Positions 1 to 10,466 of a DNA stretch of 64,000 nt are shown here, in pieces. Origin of the DNA: Bacteroidetes bacterium RIFCSPLOWO2_12_FULL_37_12. Lineage in GTDB: Bacteria; Bacteroidota; Bacteroidia; 2-12-FULL-37-12. The stretch spans positions 164,277-228,276 of the forward strand of contig MEPC01000042.1 of NCBI GenBank assembly GCA_001769655.1, written 5' to 3'. A model generated the notes under the pieces. That model did not search any database and had not been told where the DNA came from. It saw nothing but the letters and a program-made list of their open reading frames with translations. A program made the translations under genes and the position numbers. Positions within the stretch are counted from its first letter, which is position 1. Every line of letters begins with the position of its first letter.

Positions 1-2
1 TG

Positions 3-2279
3 GCGGGTTCATGGACATTGACCGAATTAACAAGAACCCAAACAAAAACTTCCGGTTCAAAAATTTATGTGGAACACACTTCCACCGGCAATGCACAAAC
101 CAGCGCCGGAACCAACACCTGGTCTGCTGACTGGACCGCTCCGGTTTCAGGCAGTGGCACTGTGAAAATTTATGCCGCATTCAATGCCACCAACTCAAGC
201 GGTAGTACAAGCGGCGATAATATTTATACAACCAATTTCACTCTTACAGAAGAAATTCCTGTCACTCCACCCGTTGCCGCTTTCTCGGTTTCCGGTACTG
301 ATATTTGCTTGAACGGTTCCATTAGTTTTACAAATCTTTCTACCGATGCCACATCCTATCTCTGGGATTTCGGTGATGGCACTACAAGCACGGAGGTTAG
401 TCCTTCCCATACATATTCTACTTCGGGGTTGTTCACTGTGACATTAACAGCTACCGGAGATGGTGGCACTGATTCGGAGACAAAAAATAACTTGATTACC
501 GTACAACCGGCTATTTCTGCTACTGCTGGAAGTAACACCTCTATTTGTACCGGGTCATCAGTAACTTTGAATGTTTCCGTTTCCGGTGGGAATGGAGGTC
601 CTTATACGTATTCATGGACACCTTCAACCGGATTAAGTGCCACTAATACCGCTAATCCAAATGCATCCCCAAGCGCTACAACTACCTATATGGTATATGT
701 ATCTGATGGATGTTCTCCAATGGTTAGTGATGATGTTACTGTTACAGTGACACCGCCCATTACAGCATCAGCAACTGCTAATCCTACAATAATATGTCAA
801 GGTATGAGTGCCTCTCTCAGCGCAAACGCTACTGGAGGAAGTGGCGGAGCTTTTACTTATAGCTGGGTGGCTTCATCCGGTTCTGTTGATAATCCATTGC
901 TACCTCTTACTTCAACTTCCCCGCTGTTTACTACTACTTATATTGTTTATGTAAGCGATGGTGGGTGTTCACCAACTGCAACTGCTAATGTTGTAGTGAG
1001 CGTTAATCCGCCTTTAACTGTCATTGCAGGAACAAATGTTTCTTTATGTGAAGGAGAAATTACAAATTTATCTGCAAGTGTCACCGGTGGAAATGGTGGA
1101 CCCTATTCCTATTCGTGGGTTCCTTCTGTAGGATTAAATTCAAATACTATTCAAAATCCAATAGCCGCTCCCTCAGTCACTACGAATTATTCCTTGTTTG
1201 TTTCAGATGGATGTTCACAACCTGGGTCAGATGATGTCACAGTGACAGTAAATAATTTTCCGACAGCTCCCCTTGTAAATTGTGGCGCTACAACATTATC
1301 TTCCATTGAATATGTCTGGAATCCGTCTATTGGCGCTGATGGATATGAAATAAGTTTTGATGGAGGAACTGTATGGAAAAATGTAGGAAATACATTTGTC
1401 TATGACACTACCGGCTTATCACCGGGAGAAACTCTATCCTTAATGGTAAGAGGAATTTCTTTCGGTCTTTGTTCACCAGGAATTGCAAGCACAAAAACCT
1501 GTTCAGCCATAAATTGTGCTCCGTTGAGTGTCATCGTTTCAAGTGACACAACCGTTTGTAAAAATTCAACTGTAGAGATTGGTGTGCTAAGTGTCACCGG
1601 AGGTACTGGAAATTATTTTTTTAATTGGTCAGACAGTTTGGGCACAACACAAGGTCCCTATACGATTAATATTTTTCAACCCACTGCGTTTACAGTAAGC
1701 GTAGGGGATTCTGGAGCTATTACTTGCGGTACATTGGAAAATAAAATTTCAATCGGAGTTTATCCCAATCAGGCAGGTTTTACGTACAGCATGACGGGTG
1801 ACACTATACTTTTTAATCCCGATAATACTTTCGGAAGTTCTTTTGTCTGGAATTTCGGAGATGGAAATGTTGATTCATCTTTATCAACAATCGCACACGT
1901 TTATGATACTAACGGTGTTTATAATGTTTGCGTGCAATCGGTGACACCAGCGGGTTGCGTAGAGGAATTCTGTGATTCGGTGGAATTTGTAAAAGTAGGA
2001 ATTGCTAAAAGTTATACAAACAACGATGTACATTTCAAACTTATCCCCAATCCTGGAAAAGAACAATTTCAACTTCAACTCTCTTGTTGTGGGAATGTCA
2101 CTCCCAATGAAATTCAGGTGTTCAACCTTCAGGGACAGGAAGTGTTGCATATAAAACCTCAACGTGATGGAAAATTCACGCTTGGAAATTTGATGCAGGG
2201 CTTGTATTTTCTGAAAATTAAATACGATCATAATAATGTTAATTTGGAGGATTGGATGCCGGTGATGGTGCAGGAGTAA
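3..2279 (+). CDS. PKD-domain T9SS-secreted surface protein, 5'-partial; N-terminal segment is Reeler/choice-of-anchor-like
   Basis: Frame is open to the window edge. Contains PKD motifs (YLWDFGDG, FVWNFGDG), YSWxPSxGL repeats and a C-terminal T9SS CTD (IPNP...GLYFLKI). Confidence 0.8.
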   Translation, partial: AGSWTLTELTRTQTKTSGSKIYVEHTSTGNAQTSAGTNTWSADWTAPVSGSGTVKIYAAFNATNSSGSTSGDNIYTTNFTLTEEIPVTPPVAAFSVSGTDICLNGSISFTNLSTDATSYLWDFGDGTTSTEVSPSHTYSTSGLFTVTLTATGDGGTDSETKNNLITVQPAISATAGSNTSICTGSSVTLNVSVSGGNGGPYTYSWTPSTGLSATNTANPNASPSATTTYMVYVSDGCSPMVSDDVTVTVTPPITASATANPTIICQGMSASLSANATGGSGGAFTYSWVASSGSVDNPLLPLTSTSPLFTTTYIVYVSDGGCSPTATANVVVSVNPPLTVIAGTNVSLCEGEITNLSASVTGGNGGPYSYSWVPSVGLNSNTIQNPIAAPSVTTNYSLFVSDGCSQPGSDDVTVTVNNFPTAPLVNCGATTLSSIEYVWNPSIGADGYEISFDGGTVWKNVGNTFVYDTTGLSPGETLSLMVRGISFGLCSPGIASTKTCSAINCAPLSVIVSSDTTVCKNSTVEIGVLSVTGGTGNYFFNWSDSLGTTQGPYTINIFQPTAFTVSVGDSGAITCGTLENKISIGVYPNQAGFTYSMTGDTILFNPDNTFGSSFVWNFGDGNVDSSLSTIAHVYDTNGVYNVCVQSVTPAGCVEEFCDSVEFVKVGIAKSYTNNDVHFKLIPNPGKEQFQLQLSCCGNVTPNEIQVFNLQGQEVLHIKPQRDGKFTLGNLMQGLYFLKIKYDHNNVNLEDWMPVMVQE

Positions 2280-2297
2280 ACTTTATACCCCGCCCCC

Positions 2298-3080
2298 ATG
2301 CCCCTCATTGATACTCACGCCCACCTCTTCCTGAAAGAATTTTCTACTGATTTGAAGGATATAGTAAGCAGAGCGCAAAACGCCGGAGTTTTCAAAATCC
2401 TGATGCCCAATATTGACAGTGGCACTGTTGATGATTTATTAAAAACGGAAGCAATGTACCCGGAAATTTGTTTTCCTATGATAGGTCTCCATCCCTGTTC
2501 GGTAAATGCTCATTGGGAAAAGGAAATTCAAGTAGTGTCAGCATGGTTATCCAAAAAAAAATTTGTAGCCATTGGAGAAGTGGGACTTGATTTACATTGG
2601 GATAAAACAACTTTTGAGTGGCAAAAAGAAGCGCTGACTTTTCAAATACATTTTGCAAAAAAATACAATTTACCGTTGGTGCTCCATACAAGAAATGCTA
2701 TAAATGAAACATTAGATATCATTATTCAAAATCATTTTTCCGGAATGAAAGGCGTGTTCCATTGTTTTTCCGGAAGTGAAGAACAGGCAAAAAAAATAAT
2801 TGAATTGGGCTTTTTTCTTGGAATCGGCGGGGTACTTACCTTTAAAAACAGTGGGCTGAGCGAATCATTAAAAAACATTCCTCTTTCAGCCATGGTACTT
2901 GAAACGGATTCACCCTATCTGGCGCCGGTGCCATTCCGCGGAAAAAGGAATGAGCCGGCGTACTTAGTTTATGTGTTGAAAAAACTATCGGAAATTAAAG
3001 GGGGGAATGAAGAGGAGATGGCAAGAATTATTTTTGATAACACAATAAAATTATTTTCTAATAAATGTTTTAAGAAGTAG
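2298..3080 (+). CDS. tatD: TatD family metal-dependent hydrolase/DNase
   Basis: Motifs LIDTHAH, GLHP, IGEVGLD, VFHCFSG and LETDSPYLAP. Confidence 0.95.
   Translation: MPLIDTHAHLFLKEFSTDLKDIVSRAQNAGVFKILMPNIDSGTVDDLLKTEAMYPEICFPMIGLHPCSVNAHWEKEIQVVSAWLSKKKFVAIGEVGLDLHWDKTTFEWQKEALTFQIHFAKKYNLPLVLHTRNAINETLDIIIQNHFSGMKGVFHCFSGSEEQAKKIIELGFFLGIGGVLTFKNSGLSESLKNIPLSAMVLETDSPYLAPVPFRGKRNEPAYLVYVLKKLSEIKGGNEEEMARIIFDNTIKLFSNKCFKK
2896..2984 (+). repeat. 89-bp direct repeat, copy 1 (inside the tatD 3' region)
   Basis: Identical to 5327..5415 except for one base (ccg vs cct). Confidence 0.95.
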
Positions 3081-3155
3081 CACTTCCCTTAATTCTCATT
3101 CGCCAAATATTCGTATTTCTTTTAAAATGCAATATTCCAATAATACACATTAAAT

Positions 3156-5168
3156 CTATTGAAGCACTATTTTCTTTATATAAAATTTTTCTGTATCATA
3201 AATTTTTATAAAATATATTCCACTTGGAAATTTAGAAATGTCTATCTCAGTTAAAACTGGTTGTGTTAAATTGAATTTTGTGACTATTTTATTTGCAAGT
3301 AAACCGTAAATTTCTAAATTAACATTATTTTTTAATTTATTGTTATCAAATTCAATCTTTAATTTTCCGCTATTATGGATAGGATACGCCACAAAATACG
3401 AATTATAAGAATTTTCATCAAGCCCTGATGCAAAATCAGATAATGTCCGTTTATAAATACCCATAGAAGTCCCAGCATAAATATTTTGCCCGTTTATGGT
3501 AATTGAATTAAAATCTGTAAAACTGTATGTAATACCAGAATTCGCCTCAGCCCAACTGTTACCATTATTAGACGAAAAATAAATCCCATCTCCTGTACCA
3601 ACAAAAATATATGAATCGCTTATGGCTAATGAATATATATTATCAGGTATAGGTAACCCAGTATTCGCAGAAGCCCAACTGCTACCATTATTAGATGAAA
3701 AAATAACACCATCAAAATAATCTTTTGCAACAATCTTTGCTCCACTTACAGCAAGTAAACCAACACCAAAAAAATCACCGTTATTACTCAATGCTGTCCA
3801 ACTATCACCATTATTAGAAGATAAATATAACGCGTTATAAGCCCCTGCAAAAATGTTTGTCCCGCTAATAGCTAATGAACGGATGTTCCCAGACGGACCA
3901 TTATTACTGACTGTAGCCCAACTACTTCCATTATTAGACGATAAAAATACTCCAAAACCAGTCCCCGCAAAAATGTTTGAACCATTTGTTGCTAACGACC
4001 ATACAGTTTTATTTGTTAACCCATTATTAATTGAGGTCCAACTGTCACCATTATTAGCCGATAAAAACACTCCGTCACCTTGAGTCCCTGCAAAAATGTT
4101 AGTTCCAATTATGACAATACTACGAACATTAAAATTTGTTGGCAAATAAATAGGGTGCCAAATAATACCATCGTCGGATGTTAAAAAAACCTTCCCCCCA
4201 TCCCCCCCAGCAATAATGTTTTTTCCACTTATAGCTATTGAACGAATATAATTTGATGACATCCCTGAACATACAGCATCCCAACTATTCCCATTGTTAG
4301 ACGATAAAAAAATCGGGTCATTAGTAGCAGCAAAAACATTTGATTCGCTTATGATTAAAGAGTTGACAATAGTTGTAGTTAAACCGGTATTTACTTTAGT
4401 CCAATTACTGCCATCATTGGACGATAAAAATACTCCATCATCAGAAGTCCCCGCAAAAATGTTTGTACCACTAATAGCCAAGGTACGTACTTCGCCTAAA
4501 CCTTTAGAAGACCAGTTGTTGCCATTATCAGAGGATAAAAACACTCCGCCTGTACCCCCAAGGAAAATATTAGGCCCGTTCGTAACTGCTGAAAGGTATG
4601 AATTTGGATTTGTTAAGCCGATATTGATTTTTGTCCAACTGTCTCCATTATTGGACGATAAATATACATAGTTGGTATAATAAATAGCCGCAAAAATATT
4701 TGTCCCACTTGCAGCTAATGATTGAATAGTACGAAATATTAAATTGTTGTTTACGTCAGTCCAACTGTCTCCATTATTGGACGATAAAAATACCCCACCA
4801 CCAAAAGTCCCCGCAAAAATGTTTGATCCGATTACAGCTAATGATTTGACTTTTGTATTAGTTAATCCGTTGTTCACTGCTGTCCAACTGCTGCCATTAT
4901 TGGACGATAAATACACACCATCGTAATTAGCAGCGAAAATGTTGGTCCCTATTGAAGCTAAATCAGTAACCCCAGTATTTAATACCTTAGTCCAAGTAGC
5001 ACCATTATTAGTTGATAAAAGCACTGCGAACATAGAACCTGCAAAAATATTTGTTCCATTTACAGCAAAGCATCTAATATCACTACAATAACCATATTTA
5101 GGTTGCCATTGGGCATTTATTTTATTAATGCTCAGCGCAAAAACTGTAATAAGTAGGAAGTTTCTCAT
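3156..5168 (-). CDS. BNR/Asp-box beta-propeller repeat protein with T9SS CTD
   Basis: Signal peptide, about 14 repeats of IFAG...GVFLSSNNGxSW, and a C-terminal GIYFIKI...KKIV. Confidence 0.85.
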   Translation of the reverse strand: MRNFLLITVFALSINKINAQWQPKYGYCSDIRCFAVNGTNIFAGSMFAVLLSTNNGATWTKVLNTGVTDLASIGTNIFAANYDGVYLSSNNGSSWTAVNNGLTNTKVKSLAVIGSNIFAGTFGGGVFLSSNNGDSWTDVNNNLIFRTIQSLAASGTNIFAAIYYTNYVYLSSNNGDSWTKINIGLTNPNSYLSAVTNGPNIFLGGTGGVFLSSDNGNNWSSKGLGEVRTLAISGTNIFAGTSDDGVFLSSNDGSNWTKVNTGLTTTIVNSLIISESNVFAATNDPIFLSSNNGNSWDAVCSGMSSNYIRSIAISGKNIIAGGDGGKVFLTSDDGIIWHPIYLPTNFNVRSIVIIGTNIFAGTQGDGVFLSANNGDSWTSINNGLTNKTVWSLATNGSNIFAGTGFGVFLSSNNGSSWATVSNNGPSGNIRSLAISGTNIFAGAYNALYLSSNNGDSWTALSNNGDFFGVGLLAVSGAKIVAKDYFDGVIFSSNNGSSWASANTGLPIPDNIYSLAISDSYIFVGTGDGIYFSSNNGNSWAEANSGITYSFTDFNSITINGQNIYAGTSMGIYKRTLSDFASGLDENSYNSYFVAYPIHNSGKLKIEFDNNKLKNNVNLEIYGLLANKIVTKFNLTQPVLTEIDISKFPSGIYFIKIYDTEKFYIKKIVLQ

Positions 5169-5249
5169 TTAGTTAAAATAATTATTAATTAATTGTTTTT
5201 CGTCTTTCGTTTTATTATTGAGTGAATTCTATTTCCCATTTTTATATTA

Positions 5250-5257
5250 CAAAGATA
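5250..5257 (-). promoter_or_regulatory. Bacteroidota -7 promoter box (TATCTTTG) for the beta-propeller gene
   Basis: Matches TAnnTTTG about 80 bp upstream of the start codon. Confidence 0.6.
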
Positions 5258-5310
5258 ATTATTTTTTTATTATCAGAACAGTTTAGCAAAATATTTGTGG
5301 GCGTTTTAGT

Positions 5311-5496
5311 GATATTTCAAACATCATACTTGAAACGGATTCACCCTATCTGGCGCCTGTGCCATTCCGCGGAAAAAGGAATGAGCCGGCGTACTTAGTT
5401 TATGTGTTGAAAAAATTGGCAGAAGTAAAAGGAATAAGCGAAGGAGAAATGGCGGAAATTACTTATCAGAACGGAAAAAAATTATTTTTTAAAAAA
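5311..5496 (+). pseudogene. tatD: Orphan tatD 3' fragment containing direct-repeat copy 2 (5327..5415)
   Basis: Translates as DISNIILETDSPYLAPVPFRGKRNEPAYLVYVLKKLAEVKGISEGEMAEITYQNGKKLFFKK; no N-terminal part. Confidence 0.85.
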
Positions 5497-5507
5497 ATGG
5501 CTCCCCC

Positions 5508-7442
5508 TCACTCCATTCTCTTCAGCGGCATTGTCGTTACAGGAGAAATAATCAACGGAATTTTTTCAATGGTGACATCGCTGGTATCTAAACCGAATGT
5601 TTTAGTATCGGGCAAACCAATTCTTCTTAGCAGAAAATAAGAATTAAGGATAAAACCTTCCTTAAGAGAGAATTCATTTTCAATGGATAAAAAACGTTCC
5701 AGAATTACAAATTTAAAATCGGAGGGAAGTTTATATTTACTCAACGACTTATAAGGACTACTGATATCCAGCTCTTTTTTTGCCACCATTTCTTCAATTA
5801 CTTTTCTGAAAAGCAAATTCACCCGCGGCTGAATTCTGAATCCCAACCTGAAATTTATTCTGAATACTTTTTTGTCGAACATGGGGTCCACTGAATATTC
5901 CATAGTGTAAGGTTCATTGGTGCGGTCCACGTGAATAAACCAATAGATGTCTGCCCGCTTAGGATTTCGGTTTATAATCGAGTAAATGATCCGCCGTTCT
6001 ATCTGACGGGGATTGTTAGCACTGGTAAGATAAATGAGATTGGAAGCATATTTTGAAATGGTATTATCATGGCTGAGGTCCACGAGGGTGGGAAGATGTT
6101 CGTTGATGTTTAAAAACACTACGAGTTTATTGAGAATTTTCCTACCGCGGTACCATACATACATGGTGAAAATAATAGCAAACACAATCAATAAGAACGC
6201 CCACGCTTGTTTAATTTTCAAGAGATTGGCAACAAAAAAACAGGATTCTACCGAAACAAAAACTATGAGTATCACTACTACTATCCACGTTGGAAATTTT
6301 TTCACGTACAATAAGTAGTAGGTCATCAGAAAGGTGGTCATCATCATCGCTATGGAAATATTAAACCCATAAGCGGCTTCCATGCGGGCTGACTCCTGAA
6401 AAAATAAAACAGCTCCCACACATCCTGCAAATAAAAACCAATTGATACTCGGTATGTAAAGTTGCCCTTTGATATTTGTTGGGTATTTTATCAATACCCG
6501 TGGCCAGAAGTTGAGTGACACTGCTTCGCTGATGAGCGTGAAAGAACCGGTAATCAATGCCTGACTCGCAATGAATGTGGCCACTGTTGCAATACCAATT
6601 CCAATCCACAAAAACCAAAGAGGCATAATTTCATAGAAAGGGTTTGCTCCTAACAGATGTGTTTTTCCGGAACTTAGCATCCATGCACCCTGACCAAAAT
6701 AATTTGCTATTAATGCGGCTTTCACAAACATCCACGATATTCGGATATTTTTTCTTCCGCAATGGCCTAAGTCGGAGTACAATGCCTCAGCTCCTGTGGT
6801 TGCCAGAAATACGGAGCCCAATAACCAGAATCCGGCTGGATAATTTTTTAATAATTCATAAGCATAAACAGGATTAATTGCCTTCAAAATTTCAGGAACA
6901 AAAAAAACCTGGCGGATTCCCAAAACAAAAAGCATAGAAAACCATAGTAGCATGATTGGACCAAAAGCGGCACCGACTATTTTTGTTCCAAATTGCTGAA
7001 AAGCAAATAAAATAATAAGAATAAATATTACGATAGGTATAACGGGAATGTCGGGCGAAATAATTTTAAGTCCTTCGATAGCAGAAGTTACTGAGATAGG
7101 CGGAGTGATTATACCATCTGCAAGCATGGTTCCAGCGCCAACAAACGCAGGAAAGTACAACCATTTGTGATGTTTCTTAACAAGCGCATATAATGAGAAA
7201 ATGCCACCTTCCCCATGATTATCTGCCTGCAAGGTCAAGCTGATGTATTTAAAGGTAGTTTGTATGGTGAGCGTCCAGAATACACAAGATAATCCTCCGT
7301 AAACCAATAATTCAGAAATTTCCCTTTCACCCATAATGGCTTTCAACACGTAAAGCGGAGAGGTGCCTATGTCGCCGAAAATAATACCGAGAGTAATTAA
7401 TACACCCGCTCCTGTTATTTTTTTATGAATGTCGTTTTGCAT
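5508..7442 (-). CDS. kup: KUP/HAK/KT potassium transporter
   Basis: Motifs GIIFGDIGTSPLY, ADNHGEGG and GAEALYSDLGH; multiple TM helices. Confidence 0.96.
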   Translation of the reverse strand: MQNDIHKKITGAGVLITLGIIFGDIGTSPLYVLKAIMGEREISELLVYGGLSCVFWTLTIQTTFKYISLTLQADNHGEGGIFSLYALVKKHHKWLYFPAFVGAGTMLADGIITPPISVTSAIEGLKIISPDIPVIPIVIFILIILFAFQQFGTKIVGAAFGPIMLLWFSMLFVLGIRQVFFVPEILKAINPVYAYELLKNYPAGFWLLGSVFLATTGAEALYSDLGHCGRKNIRISWMFVKAALIANYFGQGAWMLSSGKTHLLGANPFYEIMPLWFLWIGIGIATVATFIASQALITGSFTLISEAVSLNFWPRVLIKYPTNIKGQLYIPSINWFLFAGCVGAVLFFQESARMEAAYGFNISIAMMMTTFLMTYYLLYVKKFPTWIVVVILIVFVSVESCFFVANLLKIKQAWAFLLIVFAIIFTMYVWYRGRKILNKLVVFLNINEHLPTLVDLSHDNTISKYASNLIYLTSANNPRQIERRIIYSIINRNPKRADIYWFIHVDRTNEPYTMEYSVDPMFDKKVFRINFRLGFRIQPRVNLLFRKVIEEMVAKKELDISSPYKSLSKYKLPSDFKFVILERFLSIENEFSLKEGFILNSYFLLRRIGLPDTKTFGLDTSDVTIEKIPLIISPVTTMPLKRME

Positions 7443-7456
7443 GGAAAGGAAGGGGG

Positions 7457-7464
7457 CAAATATA
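7457..7464 (-). promoter_or_regulatory. -7 promoter box (TATATTTG) for kup
   Basis: TAnnTTTG 14 nt upstream of the kup ATG. Confidence 0.55.
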
Positions 7465-7576
7465 GGATATTCAAGCGGAATGGGGAATTGAGGTAAAGAA
7501 AAGTAGAACTTTAATTTTTCCTTATACCCTATACCTTTATACCGTTAAATCTACTTGGTTATTAAAATAAGAATTG

Positions 7577-7584
7577 TAATTTTG
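7577..7584 (+). promoter_or_regulatory. -7 promoter box (TAATTTTG) for tRNA-Ser
   Basis: TAnnTTTG 12 nt upstream of the tRNA 5' end. Confidence 0.7.
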
Positions 7585-7596
7585 CCCTTCGTTTCA

Positions 7597-7683
7597 GGAG
7601 AGATGCCAGAGTGGCCGATTGGGCATGCCTGGAAAGCATGTGTACCTGCAAGGGTACCCAGGGTTCGAATCCCTGTCTCTCCG
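7597..7683 (+). tRNA. tRNA-Ser (GGA)
   Basis: Acceptor stem GGAGAGA/TCTCTCC, anticodon arm CATGC-CT-GGA-AA-GCATG, long variable arm GTACC/GGTAC, T-loop GGTTCGAATCC. CCA is not encoded. Confidence 0.97.
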
Positions 7684-7714
7684 CTGTATTATTGGCAAAC
7701 ACACAGGTTCGCCA

Positions 7715-8194
7715 CTACTTAGCGTTTTCTACTTTTTCTGTTTGTTTTGCTTCAGCTTTCTGTTCCGTTTTTCCTTTTGACCTTCTCGTTTTCTTACGTT
7801 TTGCCTTTGCCTTGCCGGTTTCTGCGGTAGGAAGTTGAGCAAAATCAACCAGTTCAATCAGGCAAAGATGTGCACTGTCACCCGGGCGGGTGCGTGTTTT
7901 TAAAATCCTGGTATATCCTCCCGGGCGGTTTATTACCTTCCCGGAAATACTTGCAAATAATTCTTTAACGGCATACTTGTCACCTAATTTTGAAAATACA
8001 ACCCTGCGCGAATGTGTGGTGTCGGTCTTAGAACAGGTGAGTATGGGTTCAATAAATCTCCTCAGCGACTTTGCCTTTGCTTCAGTGGTCTCTATGCGCT
8101 TGTATTTTATGAGCGAACAGGCAAGGTTAGATAATAAAGCCGAACGGTGCCCGGCTTTACGGCTGAGGTGTTTAAATTTATTTAGGTGTCTCAT
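7715..8194 (-). CDS. rplQ: 50S ribosomal protein L17
   Basis: MRH...TTEAKAK and RPGGYTRILK; basic C-terminal tail. Confidence 0.98.
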   Translation of the reverse strand: MRHLNKFKHLSRKAGHRSALLSNLACSLIKYKRIETTEAKAKSLRRFIEPILTCSKTDTTHSRRVVFSKLGDKYAVKELFASISGKVINRPGGYTRILKTRTRPGDSAHLCLIELVDFAQLPTAETGKAKAKRKKTRRSKGKTEQKAEAKQTEKVENAK

Positions 8195-8196
8195 GA

Positions 8197-9183
8197 TTAT
8201 TCTTCGTCCAGTTTATATTTTGTGATATCCATACCAAAGGAAAGCCCTTTGGTTTTAACCAATTCTTCCAACTCGGAGAGTGATTTTTTACCAAAATTTC
8301 TGAATTTTAACATATCACCGATATCAAATGTCACTAACTCAGCAAGCGTTTTGATATCAGCGGCTTTTAAACAATTGTACGCTCTTACGGAAAGGTCAAG
8401 ATCGCTCAGAGGTGTTTTCAGCACTTTCCGCATGTGAAGGAAGTTTTCATCCACTGGAGCAAGAATTTCATCTTTCTCAAATTCCATGGTAATATTTTTA
8501 TCTGAAATCAAAAGGAAGTGTTTTATCAAAATACTTGCGGCTCCTTTTAATGCCTCTTCGGGATGAATGGAACCATCGGTTAAAATCTCAATTATGAGTT
8601 TCTCGTAGTCAGTTTTTTGCTCAACCCTGAAATTTTCTACTTTATATTTTACATTTTTAATTGGAGTGAAAACAGAATCAATGGCTATAGTTCCCAGCGA
8701 TTGGTCGGGCTTTTTGTTTTCTTCTGCCGGTACATAGCCCCTTCCTTTTTCTATAGTTAATTCCAATTCAAAATTTACAAAGGGTTCCATGTGACAAATA
8801 ACCATATCGGGATTCAGAATCTGGTAAGCATTGGTATGCTTGGCTATATCTCCGGCCGTAAAAGCAGTCATGTTTTTTATAGAAACATAAATTTTATCGT
8901 TGGAGTCCAGAATTTTTTTAAACCGTACTTGTTTAAGGTTCAAAATTATTTCGGTCAAATCCTCTACAACCCCCTCGATGGTAGTAAACTCATGCAGAAT
9001 GTTGTTTACTTTAATGGAAGTGATTGCATATCCTTCAAGAGATGATAATAAAATCCTTCTAAGGGCATTGCCAACCGTAATACCATATCCTTTTTCCAAG
9101 GGTTTAAATTCGAATATGCCATGAAAGTCGTCTGCTTTCTCCATAACAACTTTTTCGGGCATCTGGAATGTGAAAAGAGCCAT
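8197..9183 (-). CDS. rpoA: RNA polymerase alpha subunit
   Basis: [39 protein letters not shown]. Confidence 0.99.
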   Translation of the reverse strand: MALFTFQMPEKVVMEKADDFHGIFEFKPLEKGYGITVGNALRRILLSSLEGYAITSIKVNNILHEFTTIEGVVEDLTEIILNLKQVRFKKILDSNDKIYVSIKNMTAFTAGDIAKHTNAYQILNPDMVICHMEPFVNFELELTIEKGRGYVPAEENKKPDQSLGTIAIDSVFTPIKNVKYKVENFRVEQKTDYEKLIIEILTDGSIHPEEALKGAASILIKHFLLISDKNITMEFEKDEILAPVDENFLHMRKVLKTPLSDLDLSVRAYNCLKAADIKTLAELVTFDIGDMLKFRNFGKKSLSELEELVKTKGLSFGMDITKYKLDEE

Positions 9184-9235
9184 AGTTTTTTTTGATTATT
9201 GATTTGTTGAATTATTAATATTTGTTTATTGATTA

Positions 9236-9277
9236 ATGAGCAATGAATAGTGCTTAATGATCAATGTCCAATGACCT
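9236..9277. repeat. Degenerate 7-bp array (aatgaNN) in the rpsD-rpoA spacer
   Basis: aatgagc aatgaat agtgctt aatgatc aatgtcc aatgacc. Confidence 0.55.
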
Positions 9278-9281
9278 ATTA

Positions 9282-9890
9282 CTATTTTGAATACAATTCG
9301 ACGATTAAATGTTCTTTAATGGTTTCGGGGATCATTTCTCTTTCGGGTGCCATGACGAATGTACCCTGATATTTTTCAGCATCCCAACTTAACCATGGAA
9401 ATTTATTTCCGGGTGCGTTTACATTTACAGAATTGTTGATACTTTCCAATGCTTTCGATCTTTCTCTGACCGAAATTAAATCGCCGGGTTTTAAAATATA
9501 CGATGGGACATTTACGATATCCCCGTTTACTAAAATATGCCTGTGAGAAACGAGCTGTCTCGAAGCGCGTCTTGTGGGGGCTACGCCCAATCTGAATATT
9601 GTGTTATCGAGCCGTGATTCTAATAATTTTAACAGGTTCGCGCCTGTCATTCCCTTCATGTGTGACGCTTTATTAAAAAAAATCCTGAATTGTCTTTCCA
9701 ACACCCCATACGTATATTTTGCTTTTTGCTTTTCCACCAACTGTACCGCATATTCGGATTGCTTGGATTTTTTCGTTTTTCCATGCATACCCGGTGGATA
9801 ATTCTTTTTTTCCAATGTCGGATGTTGCCCGAATATGGGTTCTTTTAATCTTCGAGATACTCGTAAACGGGGTCCTATGTATTTTGCCAT
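9282..9890 (-). CDS. rpsD: 30S ribosomal protein S4
   Basis: PPGMHG, LESRLDN, IVELYSK. Confidence 0.99.
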   Translation of the reverse strand: MAKYIGPRLRVSRRLKEPIFGQHPTLEKKNYPPGMHGKTKKSKQSEYAVQLVEKQKAKYTYGVLERQFRIFFNKASHMKGMTGANLLKLLESRLDNTIFRLGVAPTRRASRQLVSHRHILVNGDIVNVPSYILKPGDLISVRERSKALESINNSVNVNAPGNKFPWLSWDAEKYQGTFVMAPEREMIPETIKEHLIVELYSK

Positions 9891-9933
9891 GCTACTAAGG
9901 GAATAAGGTTAATTGTTTTATAAATATTAAATG

Positions 9934-10350
9934 CTAAACTCTTCTCCTTTTTGGAGGTCTGCAACCGTTATGCGGTAATGGGGTAATGTCCTTAATGGAT
10001 GTTATCTCAATACCGGAGGTTTGTAATGTACGAATTGCTGATTCTCTGCCTGCGCCGGGTCCTTTTACAAAAACCATTGCTTTCTTTAAGCCCAAATCAT
10101 GGGCTTTTTTTGCACAATCACTGGATGCCTGAAGCGCGGCGTAAGGCGTATTTTTTTTAGAACCCCTGAATCCCATTTTTCCTGCCGATGACCATGAAAT
10201 TACTTGTCCCGCATTATTGGTAATCGAAATGATAATATTATTAAATGTAGATTGAATGAAAACTTTTCCGGTTGGTTCCACTACCACTACTCTTTTTCTG
10301 GATTTGTCTTTTACTTTTTCTTTGGTTTGTTTTTCGGATTGCTCTGCCAT
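9934..10350 (-). CDS. rpsK: 30S ribosomal protein S11
   Basis: [13 protein letters not shown] and [13 protein letters not shown]. Confidence 0.99.
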   Translation of the reverse strand: MAEQSEKQTKEKVKDKSRKRVVVVEPTGKVFIQSTFNNIIISITNNAGQVISWSSAGKMGFRGSKKNTPYAALQASSDCAKKAHDLGLKKAMVFVKGPGAGRESAIRTLQTSGIEITSIKDITPLPHNGCRPPKRRRV

Positions 10351-10363
10351 GTTACGAATATGA

Positions 10364-10423
10364 AACCCCTACGGGGTTGGGTTTAATTGATTAATATTAT
10401 AATAATGGAACCCCTACGGGGTT
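10364..10423. repeat. Two copies of the REP-like palindrome AACCCCTACGGGGTT (10364..10378 and 10409..10423)
   Basis: Exact 15-bp hairpin duplicated in the rpsM-rpsK spacer. Confidence 0.8.
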
Positions 10424-10466
10424 CGAATATAATAAAAGGCATACACATAGGTTTGCCTTTACACTG

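Noticed and set aside
2896-5415. DGR template/variable repeat pair
   Set aside because: The single mismatch is G/T rather than adenine-specific, and there is no reverse transcriptase in the window.
5359-5640. 93-aa ORF as an independent gene
   Set aside because: It is the duplicated tatD 3' fragment reading through into the antisense strand of kup.
7443-7596. c-di-AMP riboswitch upstream of kup
   Set aside because: The -7 box is only 14 nt from the ATG, leaving no leader, and no ydaO-type motif is visible.
7597-7714. tRNA-Ser as an island integration site
   Set aside because: No duplicate of the tRNA 3' end and no integrase were seen; rplQ follows directly.
7611-7838. 75-aa ORF
   Set aside because: It overlaps the tRNA and the antisense strand of rplQ, so it is spurious.
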